Below are positions 50,934-62,242 of a stretch of 64,000 bases of DNA, piece by piece (position 1 is the first letter of the stretch; every line of letters starts with the position of its first letter). Location: NCBI GenBank assembly GCA_964016885.1, contig OZ024754.1, positions 558,001 to 622,000 of the forward strand, read 5' to 3'. The notes beneath the pieces are model-generated. The model was not told the DNA's origin. It was given only the letters and a program-made list of their open reading frames with translations, and ran no database searches. The DNA comes from Eledone cirrhosa. Lineage: Eukaryota. The translations under genes and the position numbers were made by a program.

Positions 50934-53390
50934 TTAAAAAATGTTGCATTGAAGCAGGATATATATTTTCACAGTGTTTTATTCCTTACTACACATGAAC
51001 AATTTTGTATATGGGTCATCTTAGATGAACATCTTTCAGCACAGTTACTCACTCTCACTTTAATTCTATACTAGCTGATCCTGTGGAAATTCCAGATTTA
51101 AAGATCAGGTTTAACCATCAATATGGCATTTTAAGTGTTTTAGTTATATACTTAAGTACATATATATGAATCAAAACAATCTAACATATGACTGAAACTC
51201 CCCAAATGAAATACTTTACTCACAATTTAAGGATAAGCAATATTTTTCATATAACATAAGTTTAAATAAAAAAAAATGTTGACACCACCACTGCTGTCCC
51301 TCTCCCCCTCCTTCCCTTTTAACAAAAATGCAAGATTTAAAAATTTTGGTATTTGCTGCATCCACCACTACTGCTATCTTTCTCTATCATACACTCCTTT
51401 CTAGAGTATGAGCAGCAATTTACACCTCATGTCATCTATTATTAGCACTTCATTATACTAGATTTTACATTCTTGTTCAGTATAATGTCTTATATAATGT
51501 CATTAACTTGAGTAATTCATATTGCTCTATTAGGAATCCATAGGTCATGAATTGGTAGGGTTGTTAGACTCAGGACAAAATGCTTTGCAATATTTGTTTT
51601 GGCTCTCTGGGTTCTGAATTCAAATTCTCCTGTGGTTTATTTGGGTGGTAGACTTAATTGACTGCTTAGTTTAACATAACTATTTAGCCCTTAGATCCAC
51701 TCTATTGCAAGCGTTTGGTCCAAGTCTCAACTCACCAGTTTCAGAGGCCCTAAAAAGAGTCATGGCTACTATCCATCTCTCCATGACAAAACAGTATTTT
51801 TTGTTGTCAAACCAATTAGATTGTGGTCTTCTCAACCTTCCATCTGCTCTTATGTTAAAGTTCTCGCATAACTGTTGCTCCCTTGCCAGTCACCTTGCAT
51901 GTTTTTCTTTCTTCAAAAGTTATATCTGTTTTCAGTCATTCTAAACCCAACATGTAGCCCTTTAAGCAATTAGATGTGGCTCTCATGTACAATTTTGAAT
52001 TATACTCTTATGCAGAGACTGGTGTCAACAATTACATATTTTTAATATGCTAGAGAATTAGGGATTTCCTGTTATAATTATGTCACCTCTTAGATTGTCT
52101 TTGAATGTGTGCCAGTACTTTAACTTTATTTCAAAAGAGTAATTATACAACCATTATCAGTATCTTGCCAGCATTGAGTGGTGAGGAAGGAGGTCTGAGA
52201 GAGCAGGTTGATGTGAGAAACAGTGTAGGGTATGAATTATTTAGGAAGCGATTTGGGATCAAATTTTAAGGCTATCTCTAACTAACATAACAGTGGATAT
52301 CAAGCTTCAGTTTTAAAAGATCCATTAAAATTTCTATTATATCTTTTTTTTTGCCAAAATAGAATTTGTATTATTTAAAATGTTTCATCAAATTTAAATC
52401 TTGTCATTCCATTGATAAACACTTTATTTACATGTTTTGCATCTTATAACTTAGTGTATTATGCTTTTGATAATTCTACAATTTGGTTCCCATTCATCAA
52501 ATTGGCTCTTATTAAAAGGTTGAAGTCTTCTGTTCTAAATATTTCTTAACAATATATATTTTGCTAGAGAACAGTAAAGATATTAGCATCTAATTTATGT
52601 CAAGAAGAAATAATGGACATAGCTCTTGTTGAATCTCAGATCAACCCTGATCAAGACTGATAATCTTTGACATTCTAGTTGCAACCATCTTGTTTTCCTG
52701 TATATCTGGAACATAATCTGTCTCTTCAAGATGGTATGGTGAGATTTTGTTACTATTTTTAGAGGTTCTGTTCTTCAACTTTCTAGTTATACAGCAGTAC
52801 CAAGTGTTTTAAGACCATTTTCCCTTGTGGGCTCCATGAAAGGCTTCATGTTCACCATCAGGTGCTTTTTTAAACAATGTTTTACAACTGGATTCTCTTT
52901 CTGGCACCAACTGTTTTAGTTATCTCTTATGACACACTCAGATACGGTGTACCTATTCTAAACTGGATACACGGCACTGTTGTCTTTCTAGTTATAAAAG
53001 ATAAGATTATCATTGTTATTATTTCCATATTCATTCATTATTAGTCTAGACCAACCTGATTAATTTCCATATCAAAACTACTTTTATTTTAATCCTCAAT
53101 TTATTTCAGAGAATTAAATTGTTACAATCCTATTATATTTCATACTTTTTTCTTTATTTTATTATTTTTCTAAAATTTCCCCTGGTACATATTATTCTCT
53201 TCTCTCATTTTCTATGCTTTACATCATATTTTCTCCCGTCATTTAATTTCTTAGAACAATTTTTAATTTCTTGGTGAAAATTTCAATAACTCTTTAATGA
53301 GTTCTTGTTAATTTGATTCAAATGACAATACATTTTGATTTCATCTGTTCCCCACTGACCATGAAATAAAATTTACAGCTCACATCTATG

Positions 53391-53474
53391 CAGGTTTTAG
53401 TTGGCCTCCTATGAGGTTATATTTCATAGGAGGTTTCTTGTATGTTTTAATGATATGGAGCCCTAGTCCTATCA
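53391..53474. repeat. Dispersed two-hairpin repeat, copy 1
   Basis: Aligns with 58038-58118; hairpin CCTCCTATGAG…TTCATAGGAGG. Confidence 0.7.
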
Positions 53475-53714
53475 TCCCCTGACCATGTATTTTAATTAAT
53501 CTATGTTTTGTAGATAAACTAGAGTGTGGCCTATTATATGACAAGTAATTTTGGGAGTATATACTTTTGTCACATAATTTTACATAGGTGAAATAATTGT
53601 AGTTTTATGGTGTTTAAACAAAATAATGAAATGAATACTAATTTTGAAATGAATACTAATTTTGAAAATAAGAATAGTTGGCTTTAGGATTAAAAATAAC
53701 AAATCTATTATTTG

Positions 53715-54687
53715 TGTATTTGCAATAAATCAGTAGAGGAGCTAGAGAATAAATTCTGGCTATGGAAACAGCAGTTGGAATCAAGAGGACTGAGAGTGAA
53801 CCTAGCTAAGGCAAAAGTGTTGGTAAGTAGAAGAGAGGACAATACTCTGATTCCATCAGGGAAATGGCCATGTTTGATATGTAGAAAAGGAGCTGGCATA
53901 AATTCTATAAAATGTACACAAAGCAGATCTTGGGTACACAAGAGATGTAGTTGGATAGCAGACAAACTAACAGGTAGGGAAAACTTCATATGCAGTAGAT
54001 GTACAGGGAAAGTTGGCAGTATTAATCGCAGTGATACACATTTTTCCAATGCAGGTGGGTTCTATAGAAGTGGTTCATAACTTCCGGTACCTAGGTGATC
54101 AGATTAGCAGGGGGGGGTTCGAGGCCATAGTATCTAGAATGACGGGTTGGAATAAGTTTAGGGAGCTGCCTCCTTTGTTGACAAAGGGTTTCTCCCTGCA
54201 TACGAAAGGCCAGTTATATGATGCTTGTGTGAGATGTGCGATGCTGCATGATAGTGAGACATGGGCGGCAACTGCGGAGGATATGCAACGGTTGGAGAGA
54301 AATGAAGCAATCATGCTCCGTTGGATGTGCAATGTCAATGTGCGTGAACGACCAAGCATGGATGAGTTGAGTGAGAAACTGTCTAAGAGGGATAAGTTAT
54401 AGTGTGCGGGAGAGAAGACTGTGATGGTATGGACATGTAATGTGCATGGAGTATGACCGCTAGGTGGAGAAGTGCCAAGAAACCTCAGTAGAAGGAAGAC
54501 GCATTAGAAGACCACCACAAAAAACATGGGCGGAGGTGGTGAGAGCAGACCTCAGATCGCTGAAGCTCATGGAGGAGATAACAGATGATGATGAAGGACC
54601 GTGACAAGTGGAGAGATGTTGTGCTGAATAGGACCCGTCCCACCCTTGCAAGCAGGGAAAAGGGGACGTAAAATGATGAGGATGATG
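53715..54687 (+). mobile_element. 5'-truncated, decayed RTE LINE (subfamily D) with PHD-like finger
   Basis: GLRVNLAKAK, GKWPCLICRKGAGINSIKC…WVHKRC…FICSRC, FRYLGD, LYDACVRCAMLHDSETW; same 3' end as 39751-39801. Confidence 0.92.
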
Positions 54688-54689
54688 TA

Positions 54690-54887
54690 AGGTGGTCATG
54701 CTGGTGACATGACAAAAAAGCATCCAGTCCACACTGTAAAGTGGTTTTGTGGGTAACCCGACAATAAACACCCAGTTTACCCTTTAAGGTGGTTGTTTCG
54801 GTGCCATGATAAAAAGCACCCAGTTCACACTGTAACATGACAACTCATCTAATCCATGCAAGCGTAGAAAATGGACGTTAAATGATA
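54690..54887 (+). mobile_element. RTE/SINE 3' tail fragment
   Basis: Two AAAAAGCA.CCAGT.CACACTGTAA units and CCATGCAAGCGTAGAAAATGGACGTTAAATGAT. Confidence 0.75.
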
Positions 54888-55020
54888 TCAGTATAAATAA
54901 TACTGTAATACTCTAAGGGAAGGATTTGAAAAAATTCCAAATGAGTTATATTTTCATTATATAGCCAGGAGAATCACATTATATAGCCAGGAGAATCACA
55001 TTTTCTCTCGTTCTCTATTT

Positions 55021-55022
<2 letters not shown>

Positions 55023-55080
<58 letters not shown>

Positions 55081-55091
55081 CACACACACAC
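55023..55091. repeat. (CA)n microsatellite
   Basis: Seen directly. Confidence 0.97.
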
Positions 55092-55489
55092 TCAGTCACA
55101 AGAAAAAGCTTATTAGATATTTAAAAAGGATTTGTAATAGTGGTTTTGTCAGCTTAGAACAGGGGTCGGCAACCTTTTGGAGAGAGAGGGCCAAACAGCT
55201 ATGCAGTGTCATGGAGCAGGGCCATGTTATTAAATATGTAAATAAATTTTCTGGAGGTTTAAAGCAAAACAAGGAATTTAATATAATTTTATTTTAACAA
55301 AGCCCTTTATTTTACTGCAGGAATAACAAAAAAAAAGAAAACAAAACTACAAACACATTCAACAAAAAAAAAAAAGCAAATTCCTTATTTACTGCAGGAA
55401 TAACAGAAAAACAACTACTATTACAATCAACAAAAAAAAAGAAGCAAATCCCTTGTTACAAACGAAATACAGTTAGAAATGGTAAATGA

Positions 55490-56190
55490 TTTATTGAGAC
55501 ACGTGTTTCTGCTTATTGTGCGATAACTTCTCCACATGAGGTGAAATATTTGTCGATGACAGGAACAAAACATCATCCAGGTAGTCGTCGTGCAACCTTG
55601 TTCTTAAATGACTTAGTATATTTCATTTTGGAAAAAAGTTGTTGACAAGCATATGTACTTCCAAACAATGATATCATCAGTTTCGCATTAGTCAAGATGT
55701 TTTTATATTTTCCGCTTGCCAATATATATTTCTTGTAGAAGTCAGCAGTGGATTCGAACTGAAATTTCGATTTCAAAGATTTGTCGCACTGTAAGTCAAT
55801 TAACTCCAACTGATATTCTTCTGCCGCTTGCTCCACATCTGTTTCGTAAGGAGTACCAAATAACTTAAATAGAGTTCCATATTGCCGGAAGTCAGCAAAA
55901 CGAGAGGAAAACTCGCATCTCAAATCCTTAATAGAGCTCACAAAGATGTCTGGTATTATATCTCTCTTGGGATTTTAGAGACTTGGAAAATGAAAGTAAA
56001 ACTTTTTGTAATGATTATGACGAGTTTCATCGTGCCGTTTAATATTTGAAACTTTCTTCACGGCAATGGTTTCTTGACAAATTAAGCAAACACATTTTCC
56101 GAAGTGCTCAATGAAAAAATAGCTAAGTGTCCAGCCATCGTTAAAAGTTAGGCACTCCAAATCCACTTTTCTTTTCTTAGCTTCCCTGGG
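55490..56190 (-). pseudogene. hAT transposase remnant: N-terminal zinc finger joined to the C-terminal dimerisation region, catalytic core missing
   Basis: KKRKVDLECLTFNDGW…CVCLICQETIAVKKVSNIKRHDETRH lies only ~60 bp from EFSSRFADF…QLELIDLQ…SLFGSTYACQQLFSKMK. Confidence 0.9.
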
Positions 56191-56324
56191 CTTGTTTTTG
56201 TTCAAACAAAAAAGATTTATGGAAAGGAAAAAGTACAAAAAGTATAATAATCAGAATGAAGAAATAAGAAACAATGAAAGCAAATGCAAATACAGTAATG
56301 CGATAAAATATGATAATTGTGAAT

Positions 56325-56654
56325 GGAGGCACATGGCTTAGTGGTTAGAGCATTGGCTTTGCAATCGAAAGGTTGTGAGTTCAATTCTCAGACCGGGTGA
56401 TGTGTTGTTTCCTTGAGCAAGACACTTTATTTCACGTTGCTCCAGTTTACTCAGCTGTAGAAATGAGATTATAGGGACTGGGATCCCTATCATTCGTGGA
56501 GGTGCCACGGCAAAAAAGCACCCAACACTCACTGTAAATGAGGTTGGTGTTAGGAAGGGCATCCAGCTGTAGAAATCAAGCCAGAATCAGTTCCCGTCCC
56601 ACCCTTGCAAGCAGGGAAAAGTGGACGTAAAATGAAATGATGATGAAATGATGA
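56325..56654 (+). mobile_element. Full-length tRNA-derived SINE (Meta/CORE-like core, RTE-derived tail) nested in the hAT element
   Basis: A box TGGCTTAGTGG, B box GAGTTCAATTC, core CCTTGAGCAAGACACTTTATTTCACGTTGCTCCAGTTTACTCAGCTG, LINE-derived 3' end and (ATG)n tail. Confidence 0.93.
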
Positions 56655-58037
56655 AAACCAGGTTTCTAACGACGTTGTTAGATCAGAGTTGCCATTTGTT
56701 TTTTTAAACCACTTTTGGCCTAATTCTAATAATAATAATTCACACAATTTATCACAAATAATTAAATAAACGTTATTATCGAATAAAGATACCTACTGTA
56801 TAGTTTTTATACCACCAGACAACAAACTCAAATGAAAATACTCTGGGGAGGAGGGAATGAAGTAATTTTTCCAAGAACAGCTTTACCTTGTGCCGGGGGG
56901 CACAGGTAAGGTCAGGCAAACAAAGACGACAATAATTCACGAGTGATTTTTATTGAATGACAATATGGGTATAAAAGCGAGTCATGCGAACCTTCCAGTC
57001 GCTGACGAAAATGCATACTTCCAGCCAACATTTGTGTTTGTTGACTGGAACAAAAACACATACATTAAATCACAGGAAATAATAATACAGGTGATATAAT
57101 GCTTAATAATACAGGTGATATAATGCTTGGCGGAAAACCCAGAAAAAGATGGATAAGAGGAAATAATAATAAATGGAAAATATAAGGTTACAAAGGTATC
57201 TGTAAATATATACGGTATGAGCAGCGATTTGTAATGGACATCAGGTCGGCACAACCTTGAAGTGAACTACTGTATCTGTATTCGATACTAATTAGATAAT
57301 TACTGTCCAGTGTAAGATGGCGGACCGGACAAAAATCACTCGAGGGCCGGGGGTTGCCGACCCCTGGCTTAGAAGTATAACAATTAGCCCAAAATGACTG
57401 TCATGAACAGTATGAAAGTATAAGTGTTATGATATTAATACAAGAGTATCTTTGTATGTGAGGAGTTGGGCATGCTTTTGGTTGAAGAAGGTGGTGTTAT
57501 CCTAAATGAAGTGGGGGAGAGAGAGAGAGAGAGAGAGAGTGTGTGGTGGTAGTGGTCAGGAGGCAGCTAATTTCCTTTATATTTTATTGGACTTAAACTT
57601 TATTTATTAATAAAAATCCTCAATAATTTAATGCATGTTCCTTGGTGTAAGTAATTATGTTAAATAATGGAGACTTGAACCTGGACATTGTCTTTGTAAA
57701 TTTGTATATAAAAAAAACCGGGTGGTTGTTACATTTCTATTATAGCTTGTTCATTGTTCTGTCAAATATAAAAAAATGGTGAAATTCGATTTTAAATTGT
57801 GAACTGCTATAAGAAACAATGGCAGAAGGTGAAAACATATCAAGTACTTGTGAATTAGCGCCAGGTGTCCTGATATATAGAGAGCTTTGATCTATTCAAA
57901 TCTAAAAAAAAAAGCCTGGTTTGGTTGCATGTGTCTATCATACACACCTTAAAGAGCAGCTAGGTTAGTTGGCATAAAAGACAAGTAGCTGTTCAGAGTA
58001 TCCAACAGTATATACTGTTGCTATAGTTCACACCTTA

Positions 58038-58118
58038 CAGGTTCAGCAGGCTTCCTATGGGGTTGCATCTCATGGGATGTTTCTTAGTGTTTTAATGATA
58101 GGGCCCCTGATCATATCA
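58038..58118. repeat. Dispersed two-hairpin repeat, copy 2
   Basis: Aligns with 53391-53474. Confidence 0.7.
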
Positions 58119-58569
58119 CATGTACTAACATATATATATGTGATAGACTTTAAGGAGTTATGACTTATCACTCACTGGTTCACATGTTAGCTGCAAAGTG
58201 CTAATTCTATAGCATCATCAACTTTGACCCAAGTGACATGAACCTTCCCTTCATGTTTCAGAGACTGCAGTTTCCCTTCAGATTAGCTTGCTCCATGATA
58301 GTTGACAAAACTTAAGGACAGACTTTTAATAGTTAGAATTTACTAATCACAACCAATTTTTAAACATGGTGTGTTTGTGCAAACTATAATATCCAAATAG
58401 AAGTTGCGCTGTCCAAAAATGAAAGCCATGGCACTAAAACAAAAATTCCTTTTACTAAAAATATTGTTTGTTTGTGTGCGTGAACTTACAACACCCAATG
58501 GAGTTGTATTGGCACTTTAAACCTGGTGGAGCCCATTCACTCTTCATGTTTGAATACAGCTGATTTCTT

Positions 58570-58765
58570 CCAGAAAAGGAGAAAAGAAATGAGAGATATA
58601 GAAGAATCAACTTCAGTACTGGACTAGTACTTTTTTATTTTATTATTGACTTTGAAAGGATGACAGGCAAAATTGACCATAGCAGGTTTTGAATTCAGAG
58701 AACTAGAATGAATCCTGCAAAGCATTCTATCTAACATTCTAATGATTCTGCCAATTCATTGCCCA
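58570..58765 (-). mobile_element. Old Nin-like SINE copy
   Basis: TACTTT…TTTATTGAC…AAGGATGACAGGCAAA…TTTGAATTCAGA…CTGCCAATTCA matches the 40-41 kb units. Confidence 0.75.
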
Positions 58766-60529
58766 TAAGGATGTTATAGTCTTTTTGGTACTTGTTTGTT
58801 TTTTAAAATTCTTTTACTGGTTTCTGCCATTTGACTGCTATTATGCTGGGACACCACCTCAGAGGGATTTAGTGAATCATATCAAACCATTTACTTTGTC
58901 TATTATTTTATCTATCTCTTTTCACCGAAACTACTAAGTTATCGGACAAATGTGTATCCATGTTTGCATTTATATTTACTGTTTGTTAAATATATTTTGT
59001 AGTGTACACATGTAACTTAAGTATTTTATACAAATAACTTGAGTATTGTATATATTATTTGTGCATGCACACGCACACATATATAAATAATGCATGAAAA
59101 ATGTGTCTTTTCATTATTATTTCAGACAGAATGACACTGAGACAATTCTAAGTACTTAGATTTTATAGTAAACATCACTGCCAAAGTGTCTGTTGTAAAT
59201 ATATGTTCTGATGACATGGGAACATACATTTGCTGGGGTCTGGTTGGTAATGAAATGATGATTGTTTAGAAAACTCGTCTAAAATTGTGATAGTATTAAG
59301 AAGCATCAATGATCAATTTGCATGATCATAATTTAGGTCACTGTGCTGATATATTATTGATATTTTTGTTTCCCTTTAGGATATATTTGTCAGGTGTTCA
59401 CATACTAATATATGGAATTTATTTCCCAGGCTTTGATATTATGTAAACTGTTTGTAGTTATTGTAAAATATTGGATAAGATGTAACTATTTTACTTTGGT
59501 TTTCTATTCTTCCACTTCATTATTTTTAATTTAGATATATCTAATCAAATTTCAATTGCAGTTAAGGAAGGTGTTAAATTTTATTAGAGAAAATATCGTA
59601 AGAAGTGAATGGGAAGGTATCTGGACATAAAACATTTCCTTAAAAGGGGTCCCATGATGAAGTTTTTTATGGGTCTCTTATATTTACAAGTAGAAAATTT
59701 TCTCAATATTAATTGATTGATGCAATCTGTGGTGTATTCATTAAGAAATTTGTGGAAATGCAATCGTTTAACCACCAAGTTGGTTCTAATCCCATGGACT
59801 AATGATCAACAATATTCCAACCATGACAATCCAATATTTTCAAGCAAAATGTATTTCGGATTACATTATCTTAAGTATCCCTTTTTTTTTTATCTAGTGA
59901 GGCAGATTGGATTGCTATTTCAAGCAGATGGAGTAACCATATAACAGCTCTTGCATTGGTTTAGGTAGTTTATATAGTGGAAATTGGGTCCCTTCCCCTG
60001 CTGAAGGAGACAAGATTGACATGATCGATTAGAGGATATTTTCATCAAATCAGTTCTGATTTGGCTTGAAGTATGACACTAGGGTGTGGAAAGTTAGGGA
60101 AGAATGAAGGCATGGTGAAAACAAAACACTCTTATTAGGTATGTATGTCTTTCCACATCCTTCACCCAATCAAACCTGAAACCACACAAGTAGTTCACTC
60201 ACTGGCACTGCATATATATATACCAAAGAATATTGCTTGAGGAATTTATCCAAGACTGCAATGCTGGTATGATAAAGACCAGAACCGGCAAGGATGTCTT
60301 TGTGTATCACACATCCTTTGAAATTACAGCTGGCCTCTTTCCAAGACAAATGTTGTGCAGAATCCTCCTACTTGCAATATTTCAACTAAGATAGTTCTAT
60401 AAGCAGCACTCTTAGTGATAAAGCCACTTTATTTACTGCTTGTTTTATCTCCAGCCCCATATTACATGTATATCCTGAAACTGCTCTCAAACTGTCCATA
60501 TGTTCCAGGTCCATGTATACATAGTTGCC

Positions 60530-61757
60530 AAGTGTGAAATATCTGATAAGATAGCAGATTTAGATGGTATTGCTTCCATTACCCTCAAACACCACATCCT
60601 AGTGTTAAACTATATCCTAACTCCCCTTTGAGAGATCTATCCTAACCTATAAAAATATTGACCTACTACTCACAATTCTGGTATGCCAAAGGTGATGACA
60701 GTTGTAAGCAATTACCACAATGAATCTCTCTCTTCTATCTCAGTGACTACCAGTATGATTTCTTAAGAACCAGATATAATGGACGAAAAGTCTCATGCTC
60801 TCATCTCTTGATTCAGAAGTTTCCTACAAGATGACCGAGATGAATCTCTGTTTGAGATACCTTAAAGTTTACTTACACAATCTTTCATCTGTTTATTAAT
60901 GACCAACTTATTTCAAACTACATACATTTCTATCCAGATAATGCTTCTTTCACCCCTCCTTAACACAATTGCCACACTTATCAAAGAAATAATGGAGAAC
61001 CATAGTCATATAAGAATTAAAGCTCTCAAACACACTCCAAATGTCAGGCCTTAACAATCTCTCTTCATTTTTCATGGTGACCTCACAAATATTACATTTC
61101 CACAGCTCTGATCAGCTGCTGATCTTTTGCAAAGCTCTGATCAGCTGCTGATCCTTTGCAAAGCTCTGATCAGCTGCTGGTCCTTTGCAAAGCTCTGATC
61201 AGCTGCTGATCCTTTGCAAAGCTCTGATCAGTTGCTGATCCTTTGCAAAGTTCTGATTGGCTGCTGGTCCATTCCAAAGTTCATGCATGATCTACATTGG
61301 CATATTTGACACACATCACAAATGGTGCTGCTGCTTCACTCACAAACATTATAGTCTGTATTTATTCAAAAGAAAGCCATTTTGCTGAATGACAAAAACC
61401 TCTTGATTTACATGCTACAATCACTGGATCACAGATATGTTTGTTTCTTTTTCACCGTTCTCCTACTCAATAATCTGTTTCTCTTCTGAATTAGTAAACT
61501 GCATATCTCCACCATACTGACGTATCAGTCTCTCCCTCCTCTCCTCTCTATTTTCCCATCTTAGATTCTATAGTAAATACTTATTTACTAATTATTCCTT
61601 AATACTGTAACTCTTTGAAATTTGTTCTATGTTTTACATGCAGATGTTGATTTAGAGAATTTCTAGAACATCAGCCACACCAATCTCATCAGCCTGTAAA
61701 GGTCATGGGCACAACCAATCTTATTCTGGTTAACCACCCCAACTCCCTGAAAGAAAA
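60530..61757 (+). mobile_element. Highly decayed CR1/Jockey-group LINE RT remnant
   Basis: Degenerate motifs in the expected order: DGI..ITLK (~60560), PKGD…NY…SL (~60685-60735), LQSLDHR…SSELVNCIS (~61415-61510), then an A-rich end. Read by eye only. Confidence 0.6.
61104..61277. repeat. 29-bp minisatellite, six copies (AGCTCTGATCAGCTGCTGATCCTTTGCAA)
   Basis: Six contiguous units with no spacers; each contains GATCAGC-T-GCTGATC or a variant. Confidence 0.95.
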
Positions 61758-62074
61758 CCCACCAAACAAAACAAGCAGAAACAATTTTGAGGTTGTTCAT
61801 TCTAATGTTTATTTGTAGCATTCTAAAAATAGGTGTGTGTGTGTTGTATACCGCTATTTATTTTCTGAGCTGTTATGCGTCGATTAAGTGTTTCTGGTTG
61901 TATTTTGGCTTTGTCATCTAGTTGTTGTTTCCTATATTCTTTAGTCAATTTTCTAGCCTTTAGCATTTTTCAAACTCATTTATGCATATAAAGCAAATGA
62001 TTTAATTTTAGATGTTTTATTTTTCTTTTCTTCATTTTTTTTGTGCTCCTCCCTCAGATCCTGTTATTTGGAAT

Positions 62075-62242
62075 CTACAGATTACAATTTTAACATCAAT
62101 AAGTTTCAGTGGTCACTACAGATTAGTTTTAACATGAATTAATTGAATGTTTTAGTGGTCACTACAGATTACAATTTCAACATCAATAAGTTTCAGTGGT
62201 CACTATAGATTAGTTTTAACATCAAGAAGTTTTAGTAGTCAC
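62075..62242. repeat. ~41-bp tandem repeat, four copies in ABAB order
   Basis: CTACAGATTA…AACATCAATAAGTTTCAGTGGTCA units; copies 1 and 3 have TTACAATTT, copies 2 and 4 have TTAGTTTT. Confidence 0.9.

Larger units (their letters stand above)
55160..57366 (-). mobile_element. Internally deleted hAT (Charlie/SPIN-like) DNA transposon
   Basis: Perfect 15-bp TIR CAGGGGTCGGCAACC / GGTTGCCGACCCCTG; perfect 8-bp TSD GCTTAGAA (55152-55159, 57367-57374); transposase remnants on the - strand. Confidence 0.95.

Noticed and set aside
55573-56238. Host GTF2IRD2/EPM2AIP1-like gene
   Set aside because: It lies between perfect hAT TIRs with a TSD and lacks the catalytic core, so it is a transposase remnant.
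56325-56400. tRNA gene
   Set aside because: A and B boxes are present, but it continues into a SINE core and LINE tail with no clean cloverleaf or terminator.
59255-59349. C/D-box snoRNA (ATGATGA…CTGA)
   Set aside because: Weak terminal stem and no rRNA antisense element I can recognise; such boxes occur by chance in AT-rich DNA.
61104-61277. CRISPR-like array of 29-bp palindromic repeats
   Set aside because: Units are contiguous with no spacers, there are no cas genes, and the context is eukaryotic.
62075-62242. Second CRISPR-like repeat
   Set aside because: Simple diverged tandem repeat with no unique spacers.
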